Below, piece after piece: positions 36,004 through 46,196 of a stretch of 64,000 bases of DNA (its first letter is position 1; each line of letters starts with the position of its first letter). The notes beneath the pieces were generated by a model that saw only the letters and a list, made by a program, of their open reading frames with translations, searched no databases and was not told where the DNA came from. The position numbers and the translations under genes are program-made. The stretch comes from a virus: positions 1 to 64,000 of the IMG/VR virus record IMGVR_UViG_3300031251_000007; one strand, written 5' to 3'.

Positions 36004-36270
36004 CTAGTTGACCGGCACCAACCCCGCGTTGATGCCGTCGATGCACGCCTCGGTCGCACCAGCTACCGTCGACAGATATTGCGCCGTTGTCTTCGCGGCG
36101 TCCGGCTGATCCTTCGCGAACTGCTCGCACTGCTTCTGCGAGGCGACGTCGATCTGCCCCTGCACCGCCGGGTTCTGCTGTGCGTTGCCGACGTCGGTGA
36201 ACACCTTGCCTACCGTCGAGCATCCCGCCAGCGCGATGAGCGCCAGCCCTGCGATGATCCGTGTTCCCAT
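36004..36270 (-). CDS. lipoprotein (possible o-spanin)
   Basis: Lipobox LAGC; located at the end of the lysis region. Confidence 0.6.
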   Translation of the reverse strand: MGTRIIAGLALIALAGCSTVGKVFTDVGNAQQNPAVQGQIDVASQKQCEQFAKDQPDAAKTTAQYLSTVAGATEACIDGINAGLVPVN

Positions 36271-36305
36271 CTTCCACCTCCGTTGTGGGCCTTGCGGCCG
36301 TTGAT

Positions 36306-36680
36306 TCACTTCGTCGGGTCCTTTGGCGGAAACGGCCCGGTCCATCCGGCGCCGATGAGCGCCACCGTCGCGAGCGCGTTGACGCTCGTCGGCAAGTCGG
36401 CCGACCAGTCGACCTCGGAATTCAGGACCAAGATGCGCACCGCTTCGACCACCTCGTCGCAGACCCACTGCGGGTTCGCCGTCGGGTTCTGCGCGATCAC
36501 GCCGGCAGCGACCTGCAGCGCGAGTGGAGCGCCCTGCGGCTTGAGCGTCGATGACTTGATCGCCGCGACGAGCTGCCCGAAGCCCCACGTCAGGAGATCG
36601 GCGGCGTCTTGCTCGAGATCCGGCGACGCCTTGGCGAGCACATCGAGCGCGAACGTACCGAGTAGTGCCGCTGCTCCCAT
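36306..36680 (-). CDS. hypothetical protein
   Basis: RBS GGAGG; 124 aa. Confidence 0.55.
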   Translation of the reverse strand: MGAAALLGTFALDVLAKASPDLEQDAADLLTWGFGQLVAAIKSSTLKPQGAPLALQVAAGVIAQNPTANPQWVCDEVVEAVRILVLNSEVDWSADLPTSVNALATVALIGAGWTGPFPPKDPTK

Positions 36681-36905
36681 CTATCCTCCGCTCCGAATCT
36701 TCTGCGCGACGACCGTGGCGCCGCAGCTCTCACAGCGCTCGGCGAGCTGGCCGGCGCTCTCGCGAACGTGACCACAGGCGCACTCGAAGCGCCGCCGAAA
36801 CGAGCGCCGCGCGATCAGGCCCTGCGCCGCCTGACAGAGTTCCGCTGTCTCGTCGGCGGTCAGCTGGGTTGCGAGCTCCAGCAGCTCGTTCAGGCGCGCG
36901 CTCAT
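36681..36905 (-). CDS. small zinc-ribbon protein
   Basis: FECACGH...RCESCG; coupled to the endolysin. Confidence 0.5.
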   Translation of the reverse strand: MSARLNELLELATQLTADETAELCQAAQGLIARRSFRRRFECACGHVRESAGQLAERCESCGATVVAQKIRSGG

Positions 36906-37480
36906 ACCGTAACCTCCACCACGCCCTGCTCCACCAACCGCCTGAGCATCGTCGCCGCGCCGCACTGCTTCGACACTGCCGTAGCCGACCACTGGTGATC
37001 AGCCACGAACTTCCCCGCCGTGTAGTGATTCGAGAAGCTCCACAGATACGGCGTCAGCACCTCCGGGTGCTGCGTGCGGTATCCGAAGCCGTTCCAGCCT
37101 TCGATTTCGTAGAGCAGCCCCGCGGCGCTCCAGTCGTTCCACGCCGGCAGGTTCCGGATGCGCAGCGCGTCGGCGGCGGACTCTTCCCAGGTAAACGGTG
37201 GATCGCCCGGCGGTCGGCTGGTCGGGTAGTGCACCGTTCTGGCCGTCAGCGGATCGCCGTTGTGCAGGTGGCAGTCGAAGCGCCCGCTTGATTCCATCTG
37301 GTGGATGACGGCGACGACGACCCAAGGCACCTCTATCGAGGCTTCGACGGCTTCATAGCGACCCTGGTGGGCGAGGATGCGCGTGGCGACCTGGTCGACT
37401 TCGGCGGCGTGCGCAGGACGGATTTCGCAGGTGCGCCAGAGGTCTTGGTACTCGGCGCGGAGGTTGGCGGTGAGGATCAT
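36902..37480 (-). CDS. endolysin, lysozyme-like fold
   Basis: VPWVVVAVIHQMESSGRFDCHLHNGDPL...EGWNGFGY...PYLWS...Y..GKFVAD...SKQCG. Confidence 0.85.
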   Translation of the reverse strand: MILTANLRAEYQDLWRTCEIRPAHAAEVDQVATRILAHQGRYEAVEASIEVPWVVVAVIHQMESSGRFDCHLHNGDPLTARTVHYPTSRPPGDPPFTWEESAADALRIRNLPAWNDWSAAGLLYEIEGWNGFGYRTQHPEVLTPYLWSFSNHYTAGKFVADHQWSATAVSKQCGAATMLRRLVEQGVVEVTV

Positions 37481-37818
37481 CGGCCGCGCCCCTTCAGCGC
37501 GTCGTCGATCCGCTCGAGGTGGCGCTCGTGGTCCCTGAGTTTGTCGGTGTGGCCGTCGACGCGCTCAGTGATCGTCGCCATATGCTCGCGCATGAGGCCC
37601 CAGTTCACGACAAACGCCCCGACGCCCGCGACAAGGCCGGTAAGCGCGCAGCCGACTACCAGCTGCGCCCACGACGTTCCTCCGCCGCCCTCGCGCGACA
37701 GGGCCAGCGCGCGTGCGTCGGCCAGCGCCTGCGCGGCCTGCTGCAGAGTCGCCGCGGCCGCCTCTTGCCGCGCAACCAGGCGCTCGTACTTGTCTGCGTC
37801 ATCCGCCGCCATCCCCAC
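37477..37818 (-). CDS. membrane protein with coiled coil (lysis accessory candidate)
   Basis: One TM segment plus coiled coil, directly upstream of the endolysin. Confidence 0.55.
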   Translation of the reverse strand: MGMAADDADKYERLVARQEAAAATLQQAAQALADARALALSREGGGGTSWAQLVVGCALTGLVAGVGAFVVNWGLMREHMATITERVDGHTDKLRDHERHLERIDDALKGRGR

Positions 37819-38275
37819 CCCCGGCGCGGCGCTCGCGGCGGCGCACCTCTTTTTGTAGCTGGCGCGTCGCCGCCTGCGATGCGGCGATCGCTTTGCCGAA
37901 CGTGTCGAAGGCCGCGTCGACCGATGGGTGTTCCGGCAGTTTCCAGGTCACGCCGCCGGCGCGCTTCTCGCGCAGCGATTGCACGATGGTGATCCAGCCC
38001 AGCGCGGCGGTGAGGATGGAGATCGCGCCGCCGACCGCCGAGGAGACCGGTCGCGAGGTCACGGCTCCGACCAGGAAGGGGATGCTCAGACACGAGAGAA
38101 AGGCGCCGTACCAGATGTAGAGCCGCAGCGTGCCGTCGCCGGCCGCGATACGCATCCGGCTGCCGTGCCGGCGATAGTCGTCCATCATCCCGACGCCGAG
38201 CACCAGGCACGCAACGAACGTGGCCAGGTTGGCCGGGCCTTGCAGCGAACGAAGGATCGCAAAAGAGGCGTCCAT
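37799..38275 (-). CDS. three-TM membrane protein (holin candidate)
   Basis: Three hydrophobic segments; lysis cassette context. Confidence 0.55.
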   Translation of the reverse strand: MDASFAILRSLQGPANLATFVACLVLGVGMMDDYRRHGSRMRIAAGDGTLRLYIWYGAFLSCLSIPFLVGAVTSRPVSSAVGGAISILTAALGWITIVQSLREKRAGGVTWKLPEHPSVDAAFDTFGKAIAASQAATRQLQKEVRRRERRAGGGDGGG

Positions 38276-38285
38276 CGTTTCGCCC

Positions 38286-38675
38286 TCAGCCCGCGGCAGC
38301 CGCCGGCGCTTTCTGTGCAAGCTCGACGATCTGTTGCGGCGTGAGCTGCGCGAGCGCGTTCACATGGTCGGGCGTTAGGTTACCGAACGCTGGTGCGAGA
38401 TCTTTCAAGGACTGCGGCGTGACGTCGCCGCCCTTCACCAGCACCGTGAGCAGCAGCATGATGCCGCTGCCGACATAGCCCGTTGAGCCGAGCCACTGCG
38501 TGATCGGCGCGAAGGGCCCAAAGCCGGACAGAATGCCGAGCGCCGCGACCAGCAGCATGCCGCGGATCTTGCCGGCGTTCGCGGCGATGTACGCCTTCAA
38601 CCTGCCCGACGGTCCGTTGACCGCGGCGCGAAACGTTGCCTCATCGGTCAGGAGCTTCCACAGCCAACCCAGCAT
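38286..38675 (-). CDS. two-TM membrane protein (holin candidate)
   Basis: Two hydrophobic segments; RBS GGAGG. Confidence 0.55.
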   Translation of the reverse strand: MLGWLWKLLTDEATFRAAVNGPSGRLKAYIAANAGKIRGMLLVAALGILSGFGPFAPITQWLGSTGYVGSGIMLLLTVLVKGGDVTPQSLKDLAPAFGNLTPDHVNALAQLTPQQIVELAQKAPAAAAG

Positions 38676-38807
38676 CTCCGCCTCCGTCCGATGACGACGG
38701 TGCGGGCGCTGGTCTGTACCAACCTGCTGCTTCTCCCACCGTCGAACGCCATCGCTCCTCAGCCCGCGGGAGTGCCGCGGGAAGTCAGGTGGGGGCCCTA
38801 ATCGCTC

Positions 38808-39590
38808 CTATGCCACAACGGCCGCGCGTTGCGAAGAGGTGTTGGAATAGGTCCGGCCGGCATTGACCGTGCCCGCCACTGACAGCCGGCCGGCCAGCGC
38901 AAACTCCTTCACCGTGCCCCCGTCGGCGGTCAGCGTCGCGCCGCCGAGCGTGCCGATCTGAGCGCCGCTGGCCACCTGCAGGCCGAACGGTCCGTCACAG
39001 TGAAGTACGATGCCACCGCCCGCGCCGTTGCCGGCCGAGGCCTCGCCTTCCGGCGCGCCGTGCGCGAAGACAGCCGCTGTCGCCGCGATGTGCAGCGCTG
39101 CCCTGGCGAAGAGACGGATCAGTCCGCCGCCGGCGCCGCCCGGCTGTGTGGTGCCCCCGCCGCCGCCGGATCCCTTCACGGCTGAGGTATCGGTGGTGCT
39201 GTCGCCCTGCCCTGCGCCGGCCAGATAGCCGCCGTCAACGCCGGCCGCGCCGCCGAATGGCCCCTCACCCGCAGCCGTCGCGGCGCCGCCGCGGTAGCCG
39301 AACGTCGATGAGACGAGCGCGCCCTCGAGGTCGATCGAGTGCGCATGCACTTCGAGCTCACCGAAGCTCGAGCCGTCGTAGGCCGCGACGTTGACCAGCA
39401 CACCCGGAGCGATCCAAAGCCGGCCGACGTTGCGGTGCACGCCCGCGATGACCGTGTCGGCATCGACCAGCCAGTCGTCGCCGCCGTGGTTGCCGCCGGC
39501 GGTTTCGGTCCAGCCGACGGGATCGCCGGTGGTCGCATCGGCGGTGATGCCGTATTTGGCCGCCGAGTATTTGAAAGACCCGTATTTCAT
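38808..39590 (-). CDS. Gly-rich virion-associated protein
   Basis: MKYGSFKY..AKYG start; GSGGGGG..GGAGGG and GNGAGGG repeats. Confidence 0.6.
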   Translation of the reverse strand: MKYGSFKYSAAKYGITADATTGDPVGWTETAGGNHGGDDWLVDADTVIAGVHRNVGRLWIAPGVLVNVAAYDGSSFGELEVHAHSIDLEGALVSSTFGYRGGAATAAGEGPFGGAAGVDGGYLAGAGQGDSTTDTSAVKGSGGGGGTTQPGGAGGGLIRLFARAALHIAATAAVFAHGAPEGEASAGNGAGGGIVLHCDGPFGLQVASGAQIGTLGGATLTADGGTVKEFALAGRLSVAGTVNAGRTYSNTSSQRAAVVA

Positions 39591-39591
39591 C

Positions 39592-40158
39592 CTACGGCAG
39601 CGGCACAAACCGCAGGTTCTGGACCGGCACGTCCACGTGAAACGTGTATTGCTGTCCCGTGCCGGGCTGACAGACGCCGGTCAGCACGTGCGGCTGCGTC
39701 ACCTCGTCGCTGCTGCGGCTGCAGGTTCCCGGCGCGCATTCGGCGTTGCTAGTGCACGGCTGATCCTTCTTCGGCGGCGGCGCGACGCACTTTCCAACAT
39801 AGCCGCCCGTCGCCGGCGGCAGGCGGACGGTGGCGCAGCCGGCCTGCAGCGCACAGAGCCCGGAAGTCCCGGGCGGGCAACCGGCGTCGTCGATGCAATA
39901 GTCGCCGGTGTTGGTCCCGCCGGTGCACTTCCGCGGGCATGGCTTGCTGCCCGGCGATGCTTCGGTCGTCTTGGCGAGCAGCACCTTGCCGCTGTTCACG
40001 TCGTTCACCTGATAGTCGAACGTCGGACACAGAGCGGGCTGGTGCGCCGAGTCGGTGAAGCTGAGATCGACGTCGCAGTAGCTGTCTTCGCGGCAGGCAT
40101 CGTCGGCGCGCGCCGCGATCGGCAGCGCCAGGCAGAGGCTCAGAATCAGTCGGCGCAT
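39592..40158 (-). CDS. secreted Cys-rich protein
   Basis: Signal peptide MRRLILSLCLALPIAARA; CTGGTNTGDYCIDDAGCP motif. Confidence 0.65.
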   Translation of the reverse strand: MRRLILSLCLALPIAARADDACREDSYCDVDLSFTDSAHQPALCPTFDYQVNDVNSGKVLLAKTTEASPGSKPCPRKCTGGTNTGDYCIDDAGCPPGTSGLCALQAGCATVRLPPATGGYVGKCVAPPPKKDQPCTSNAECAPGTCSRSSDEVTQPHVLTGVCQPGTGQQYTFHVDVPVQNLRFVPLP

Positions 40159-40168
40159 CGGTCCCTCC

Positions 40169-40774
40169 TCAGCGGATGACGGCCTGCACAGCGGGCGCGC
40201 GCGGCCCGGCCGAGACGTTGGGTTCGCGCACCACGATGGCCGCCCCCGGTCCGCGGATCACGGCGCCCTTCAGGAGGTAGCCGCTGCCGGGTGTTGGCGT
40301 GATCGTCGCGGTCCCCGTCGCCGTGCGCGTGTCGGTGCGCGTCGGCGTTGCCGTGACAGTCCCTGTTGGTGTCGCGGTCCGGGTGGCCGTACTCGACGGC
40401 GTCGGCGTGAACGTGTCGGTGGCGCTCGGCGTTGGCGTTGCCGTCGGCGTCGCCGTGCGCGTCACGGTGGCTGTCCCGGTCGGCGTGTCGGTTGCAGTGA
40501 GCGTGCTGCTCGGCGTCAACGTCGCCGTGCGTGTGCTGGTGCGCGTCGGCGTGTCGGTCGGCGTGGCGGTCATGCTTGGCGTCAACGTCACCGTCGGCGT
40601 GTCGGTCGGCGTCGAGCCCGGCAGCGGCGTATCGGTCGCCGTCGGCGTCATGGTGGGGGTCGGCGGCGGACCGAACAGCGGCACGAGGCCGTGCGCCGGG
40701 CGCGGATACACCGCGGCGATCGCCGCCATCAGCAGCAGCGCCAGCAGTGCGATGATGTCCGGCCAGCGCCACAC
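40169..40774 (-). CDS. exported Thr/Pro-repeat protein
   Basis: Hydrophobic N-terminus followed by about 130 aa of TPTxT repeats. Confidence 0.7.
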   Translation of the reverse strand: MWRWPDIIALLALLLMAAIAAVYPRPAHGLVPLFGPPPTPTMTPTATDTPLPGSTPTDTPTVTLTPSMTATPTDTPTRTSTRTATLTPSSTLTATDTPTGTATVTRTATPTATPTPSATDTFTPTPSSTATRTATPTGTVTATPTRTDTRTATGTATITPTPGSGYLLKGAVIRGPGAAIVVREPNVSAGPRAPAVQAVIR

Positions 40775-40846
40775 TCAGAGGCCCCGCGCACCGACGATCG
40801 CAGGCGTTGCGGACGCATTTGCGGGTATGCTCTGATCTACCCACAC

Positions 40847-41245
40847 ATGGGGTCGTCTCGCCTGCCCGCGCTGGGGATTCTGCTTGTCGGTATCGTACTG
40901 ATCGCCCGCGTAGCGGTGCGCCCCGGCGATGTCGACGCGCGTCTCGGGCACATCGCCGCCGAGCTGACCTGCGATCGAGAGCTGTCGGGCGGCAAGCGCA
41001 TCCAGCTTGTCGGAACGCAGACGGCGGCGCTCAGCGGCCCCACCAATGAGCACACGTGCGGCGATCTGCGCGTGTCGCTCGATCACGGATGCGGCGCCGA
41101 CATCGCGATCCTGCTCAACGGCGAGCTGACCGCGCTCACGTGCCATGTCGCATCGGGCGCCACGGATGCGTGCCGGAGCGGTCGGATCGTGTTGCCCGAC
41201 GGCATCCTGTCGTTGCGCGCGGTCGCCACAGACTGCCCGGCGTAG
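40847..41245 (+). CDS. membrane-anchored small protein on the opposite strand
   Basis: N-terminal TM; Cys-containing beta domain; fills the gap between minus-strand genes. Confidence 0.55.
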   Translation: MGSSRLPALGILLVGIVLIARVAVRPGDVDARLGHIAAELTCDRELSGGKRIQLVGTQTAALSGPTNEHTCGDLRVSLDHGCGADIAILLNGELTALTCHVASGATDACRSGRIVLPDGILSLRAVATDCPA

Positions 41246-41259
41246 GGTTCGTGGGCAGC

Positions 41260-43833
41260 TCATAGGTTCCCGCACGACGCGTAGGTGTCGCTGGTGCCCG
41301 TCAGGCAGTGGGTCATGAGATCGGCAAGCACCTGATTGCCCGTCGTCTGCATCGGGTTCGGGCAGCCCTGGCTACTACTGAACAAGCCGTAGGTCGGGTC
41401 GACCGAGAGATGTAGCGCGTCGCGCTCACAGCATGCGACGCGATGATTGTCGCAGCGGTTCTGCATCGCGCCGTCTGGGTCGATGGTCATCCAGCTGCGG
41501 CGCGCCGCCTCATGCTCCCAGTAGCCGCGGCTCGCCCGCAGATCGTCGCGGACGTTGGTGAACCGACACGTGAAGGTCGCCGTATCTGCCGCGTTGGTCT
41601 CCCACGTGCGCCACGGCAGGATGGCGATGAACTTCGTGCCGTGCGCCACGCCGTACGCGTCCATCGCGTCGAGGATCTTGCCGAGATAGTCCTGAAAAGT
41701 TGATTCGGTGGTGCGCTGCGCGCAGAGCCCTTGTGGGCAACCGTTCGCATTTTTCGCCGCCGGGACGCAGATGGTCGCGCCGGCACCGGTCAAGTTGCAT
41801 TGCGCCGTGCCGCCCGCGATCGGCGTTCCGCATGCCGTCGCCGGATTGGCGCCGAGCCCGCAGAAGACGCCGAAGAAGCCGGGATTGTTGCAGTAGGACG
41901 TGAAGCTGGCGAGGTCGACGGCGCCGGCCGGAATCGAGCAGGTCGAGCCCTGGATCGTGTCAGGCGTCGGCGTCGCGGGTCCGCCCGGTGTCGGCGTCGG
42001 CGCTCCCGGCGTCGGTGTAGCCGGCGCAAAACAGTATCCATCGGTCGGCGCACTGGGCGCGGTGCCGTAGTCGTTCGCGCCGTCCCACAGAAAAAAGACA
42101 TAGTCGCAGATCGCGCCGGTGGTGCCCTTGTAAACCTGCTGTTTCCAGCAGGTCGGATTGCCGCCCGCGAGCGCGCTGTTCACGCACGAGGCCGAGCCCG
42201 GCCAGAGCATGCCGAGCTTCGTGCCCTCGTTGCCGTAGTCGTAGATGTTGTCGGCGCCGTCGAGCTGCGCGGCGAGCGCCGTATACAGTGCCTGATCGTT
42301 CACCAGGCTCGTGCCGAACACGCACACGGTGTTCTTGGTGTCGCCGGTGGGGTCGGTCATCACCACGGTGGCCGGCGTCGGCGTCGGCCGGGTGACTTCC
42401 ACCTCCGCCCAGGCGTCTGTGACACGCACACGAAAGCCGGAGCTGTTGGTCGACTGTGCGTCGAGCGCGAAATCCAGCGCGTTGATGTCGGTCAGGTTCC
42501 ACGACGCGCTGCTCCAGTCAGAAGAGAACAGCGATGTCGGAGAACTCCAGTAACTCGTGCCATATCCGTTCGGGTCGAACGTCGAAGCGTAGCGCGTGGT
42601 GGTTCCGTTGCTGACACCGAAGCGGATCGGCTTGGAATTGCCATTAGCCGCCGTCTCGCGCAGGGAGGCGTTGAACCCCACCATCGCGTCCGGGCGGATT
42701 GATTCGCCGGTTCCGAGCGTCACATCTTGTAGCTGGAACAGATCAAGGTCGGTGCCCTGGATCTGCACATAGTTCGTCTCGTTGGTGTGGCCGCTCGTGC
42801 CGCTGATCGTGTCCTGCACGCATTGGTAGTCATTCGCCGGCGAGGTCCCGGTGCAGCCCTGGTTGTCGGAGGCGCCGTCTCCGCCGCTGGGCGAGCCGTT
42901 GGGGTGCAGATCCGCGAGCCGGAAAAATAGCCCAGTGTTGACGCTGCCTTCGTGCGCCAGGTTGTCGATCGAGTAGTCGATCGCGCCGGTGTTCGTATCG
43001 GTCACGCCCCAGCGAATCTCGCTCGTGTTACCGAGTGTCGTGACCGAGCACGTGCCCGCTGCGTCGCCTTCGGTGGTCTGCGAGCAATCTGTCGACTTCG
43101 CGCACGCCTCGCCGGGATGGAGCCCGCCCGTGCACACACCCTGCGCGCGTGTCTGGTTGCCTTGCAGCTTGCCGTTGACGAGCAGCCCGCACTGCACGTT
43201 GCCGGGATCGGTCAACGTGGTGTCGGTGGTAACCGCGACCTCGGAGCACGTGCCGACCTGCAAGACGGTCGAGCTTTGCGCAAAGTTGGCGGGCGCGCAC
43301 GACGCGGCGCCCGGATTCACCTCACGACACACGGTGGTATCGGTGCAGTTGGTGCCGTTATCCAACGAGCCGACGCACTCCAAGCCCGTGTCGTGAAAAT
43401 AGACGCGCAGACGCACGCCGGGGCTCTCGGCTTCCGCCATGAGGAAGCACTGCTTGGACGAGGTGGTCGCCGAGTAGAACGACACGACCTCGCGGTTGGT
43501 GCCGGTCGCCGGCGCTGCGCGCAGGCAGAACTCAAGATGCACCGTGCCGTCGGCTGTCGCGGTGACCGACGTCACCACATATTCGGTGCCACCGCTGGCT
43601 GGATTGATTCGGAGGCTGAAGTCGTCGCCGCTGTCGAGCCCACTGAGCCCGGTATTGGCCTCGATCGTGGGCGAGCCGACTACGCTGGAGAACGCTTTCG
43701 ACATGGTCGACAACGTCCACGGCGTCGCGCCGCTATCGCCGCCGCCCTCGAAACCCTCCAGCACGTCACGAGCGGCGAAGCTGGTCGAAGCAACCAGCAC
43801 GAGGGCGGCAGCGGCAATCAGTTCGCGCTGCAT
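41260..43833 (-). CDS. large secreted Cys-rich protein with C-terminal SGNH/GDSL hydrolase domain
   Basis: Signal peptide ...ASTSFA; SGNH blocks FGTSL, GNEG, GAND, DALH. Confidence 0.7.
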   Translation of the reverse strand: MQRELIAAAALVLVASTSFAARDVLEGFEGGGDSGATPWTLSTMSKAFSSVVGSPTIEANTGLSGLDSGDDFSLRINPASGGTEYVVTSVTATADGTVHLEFCLRAAPATGTNREVVSFYSATTSSKQCFLMAEAESPGVRLRVYFHDTGLECVGSLDNGTNCTDTTVCREVNPGAASCAPANFAQSSTVLQVGTCSEVAVTTDTTLTDPGNVQCGLLVNGKLQGNQTRAQGVCTGGLHPGEACAKSTDCSQTTEGDAAGTCSVTTLGNTSEIRWGVTDTNTGAIDYSIDNLAHEGSVNTGLFFRLADLHPNGSPSGGDGASDNQGCTGTSPANDYQCVQDTISGTSGHTNETNYVQIQGTDLDLFQLQDVTLGTGESIRPDAMVGFNASLRETAANGNSKPIRFGVSNGTTTRYASTFDPNGYGTSYWSSPTSLFSSDWSSASWNLTDINALDFALDAQSTNSSGFRVRVTDAWAEVEVTRPTPTPATVVMTDPTGDTKNTVCVFGTSLVNDQALYTALAAQLDGADNIYDYGNEGTKLGMLWPGSASCVNSALAGGNPTCWKQQVYKGTTGAICDYVFFLWDGANDYGTAPSAPTDGYCFAPATPTPGAPTPTPGGPATPTPDTIQGSTCSIPAGAVDLASFTSYCNNPGFFGVFCGLGANPATACGTPIAGGTAQCNLTGAGATICVPAAKNANGCPQGLCAQRTTESTFQDYLGKILDAMDAYGVAHGTKFIAILPWRTWETNAADTATFTCRFTNVRDDLRASRGYWEHEAARRSWMTIDPDGAMQNRCDNHRVACCERDALHLSVDPTYGLFSSSQGCPNPMQTTGNQVLADLMTHCLTGTSDTYASCGNL

Positions 43834-45314
43834 AGGAACGTGCCGTAGGGATACAGCGCGGTGGTGTTGTCAGTGCACGTCCCGCTGCACACCGCGTAGA
43901 AATGCACGCGGTCGCCTTGCGTGAACGTGTTCGTGGTGGTGTCGGTACAGGTGCCCGCAGCCGCGGTGACTGCACAGCTCGCGAGGGAAGTGGCACTTTC
44001 GTTCTTGGTGTAGCCAATGGTGATTGTGGCGCCGGTGGGCCACGTCCCGAAGGCATTGACCCTCGCCGAGAACGTGCCGGTGGTGCAGCTCTCCGGCAAG
44101 ATGTCGAATTCGTAGACGGTCAGTAGCGCGTTCGAAGTGTTGTCCTTGATGTACTTCCGGGACGAAAGGGTCGACGCTGTCACCTGAGCGACGCCGCGCA
44201 TAGCGAACGAGAGCCTCGCTGAGACATTGGCCTTGGTCGCAACGTCGGCGCTGTTGGAGTAGCTGCCGGCGTAGCGACACGACGTTGACGAGGTGTTGCC
44301 GCAGTCGATGACGCTGGTCACCACCAGCTTCGTCATCGTCTGCAGATTTGCGCCGAAGCTGTTCGCTTCGTCCTCATAGGCGATCGCTGTCGGGAGATCC
44401 GCCTTATCGATCGCCCCGTCCTGCGTGATCTGCGAGCCGGGTGCGACGTTGATCTTCGACGGGTCACTCGAATCGACCGACACGTCGAACAACGAGCTGA
44501 AGTTCAGGGTGAAGCCAGAGCCGATGAGTGTGCTGTTGTTCTCGACGCGCATCGGCGTCCGATCGACCGTCCACACGCCGGCCTCGCTGTAGAACATGCG
44601 CATCGACTGGCCGGCGGCGATATAGACCGGGCTGCCGGGTGTGTTCAGCACGTTGGTCACATCGGCAAATTTCACCCGCCCGGCCGATGCTTTGACGTTG
44701 AAGATCGTAACGACCTGGCCGGCGCGCGCGCTCGTCTCCTGCATCGTGCCGTCACAGCCGCCGCTGGTGTCGCTGCACGTGATCTCGACGTAGGACTTCG
44801 ACGGATCGAGGTTGAACGTCGCGGCTGAGCTGTTGCCCGAGTCGGCGACGCTGACGGCCTGCGTGTCGAGGTCGAGCACCTTCAGATCGGCGCGGCCGGT
44901 CGAGGCGTCGGAGATGCGCAGCACGCCGGCGGCGTCGCGCGCCAGGCCGACGTCGCTCCACGGCACCTGCTGGCTGTTGCCGAGCGCGCCGCTCATCAGC
45001 GCCCAGTTCTGCACGCGGGTCCAGCCCGACGCGTTGCAGCTCGAGCCGGGGCACGAGTACATCACCCCGAGATCGTCGATGATGACCTCGCCGTTCAGGC
45101 CGTCGGTCTGCGCGGTCGGTGTGTCGGCGCGACGTAGCTGCAGCGTCGGCGAGTTGGCGGCGCGACTGGTGCCGCTCGACGAATCGCCGGGGTCGATCTT
45201 GATGACGTCGACGGCGCCGTTCTTCAGGCTGACCGAGCCAGACGCGCCCGGCTGCAGAGCGAGCGACGGCGCCGCGAGCAGCAGCGCGCCAAATGCCAGA
45301 AGTACCCGGCGCAT
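43818..45314 (-). CDS. secreted fibre-like protein
   Basis: Signal peptide MRRVLLAFGALLLAAPSLA; DVGLARDAAGVLRI fibre-type motif; C-terminal beta domain. Confidence 0.65.
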   Translation of the reverse strand: MRRVLLAFGALLLAAPSLALQPGASGSVSLKNGAVDVIKIDPGDSSSGTSRAANSPTLQLRRADTPTAQTDGLNGEVIIDDLGVMYSCPGSSCNASGWTRVQNWALMSGALGNSQQVPWSDVGLARDAAGVLRISDASTGRADLKVLDLDTQAVSVADSGNSSAATFNLDPSKSYVEITCSDTSGGCDGTMQETSARAGQVVTIFNVKASAGRVKFADVTNVLNTPGSPVYIAAGQSMRMFYSEAGVWTVDRTPMRVENNSTLIGSGFTLNFSSLFDVSVDSSDPSKINVAPGSQITQDGAIDKADLPTAIAYEDEANSFGANLQTMTKLVVTSVIDCGNTSSTSCRYAGSYSNSADVATKANVSARLSFAMRGVAQVTASTLSSRKYIKDNTSNALLTVYEFDILPESCTTGTFSARVNAFGTWPTGATITIGYTKNESATSLASCAVTAAAGTCTDTTTNTFTQGDRVHFYAVCSGTCTDNTTALYPYGTFLCSAN

Positions 45315-46186
45315 CACGACAGCCTTTCGAGGCTCCAGGTGACGTACTGACTGTTTGAGAGCGTGGCAGGTGTGGCGATTTTCAACGTGGCACATTGTCC
45401 CGCCGTCGTGGTGGTGACGTGCGTGGAGTCGCTGCAACTCGCCGCCGACGCACCGCCCGTGATGGAGCAGGTCGTCGTCGCGTCAGACATGGTGCCGTTG
45501 CAGGTTCCCGTGCGCAGCGTGCAGCTGACCGTGTTGCTAGCGCCCGCGGCCGTCGTCTCCATGCAGCGCAGGTTGCTGAAAGTGCCTGCGCCGACCGGGA
45601 TCTCGGCGCGCGCCTCGGTCGTATCGGCTGTTCCGCCACCAGAGTAGACCGTTTGGTTGGTAGTCAGGTCTGTGACCGACGTGCCCCAGAGGATCGGCTG
45701 CGGGATCGCCGAGCACGTGCAGGTCGTTCCGCCACAGGTTAGCCGCTCATTGCTTGCGCAGGTCGGCTGCGTGGCGCCCAAGCCGCCGCGGCTACCGGCG
45801 AGCGTTGCCTCGCTCGACAGGTTGCCGCTGCCGTCGTTGATGACGACGTGGTTTGCGGTGCCAGCGGCAATCTTGCTTCGCGCAATCGCCGCGGCCGCAT
45901 CGATCATCGCGTTGACGACGGGCGCGAACGCCGGCGCACCAGATACGAAGGCGAACACCGTGTTCGCGCTGCCGGCCGAGGTGCATGTCATCGCCGAGCT
46001 GCCCTGTCCGTACGGCACGCCGTTGGTCGCACACGACGTCAGCGCCGGCGGTCCGGTGACCGAGATCGTGCCGTTCTGCATGCTGATGTTCGTGCCGCCG
46101 ACCAGCGCCCAAGCTATGCCCGCCAGAAGCCACACGCTGACGAGCGCCACCGCACCGACAAAGAACCGTTCGCGAATCCGCTTCAT
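45314..46186 (-). CDS. secreted fibre-like protein
   Basis: Signal peptide ...LLAGIAWA; DAAAAIARSKIAAGTANHVVINDGSGNLSSE and SRGGLG fibre-type motifs. Confidence 0.65.
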   Translation of the reverse strand: MKRIRERFFVGAVALVSVWLLAGIAWALVGGTNISMQNGTISVTGPPALTSCATNGVPYGQGSSAMTCTSAGSANTVFAFVSGAPAFAPVVNAMIDAAAAIARSKIAAGTANHVVINDGSGNLSSEATLAGSRGGLGATQPTCASNERLTCGGTTCTCSAIPQPILWGTSVTDLTTNQTVYSGGGTADTTEARAEIPVGAGTFSNLRCMETTAAGASNTVSCTLRTGTCNGTMSDATTTCSITGGASAASCSDSTHVTTTTAGQCATLKIATPATLSNSQYVTWSLERLS

Positions 46187-46196
46187 CTTCCACCCC

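Noticed and set aside
40290-40670. Non-coding tandem repeat or array
   Set aside because: Explained by Thr/Pro codon repeats of the minus-strand CDS 40169-40774.
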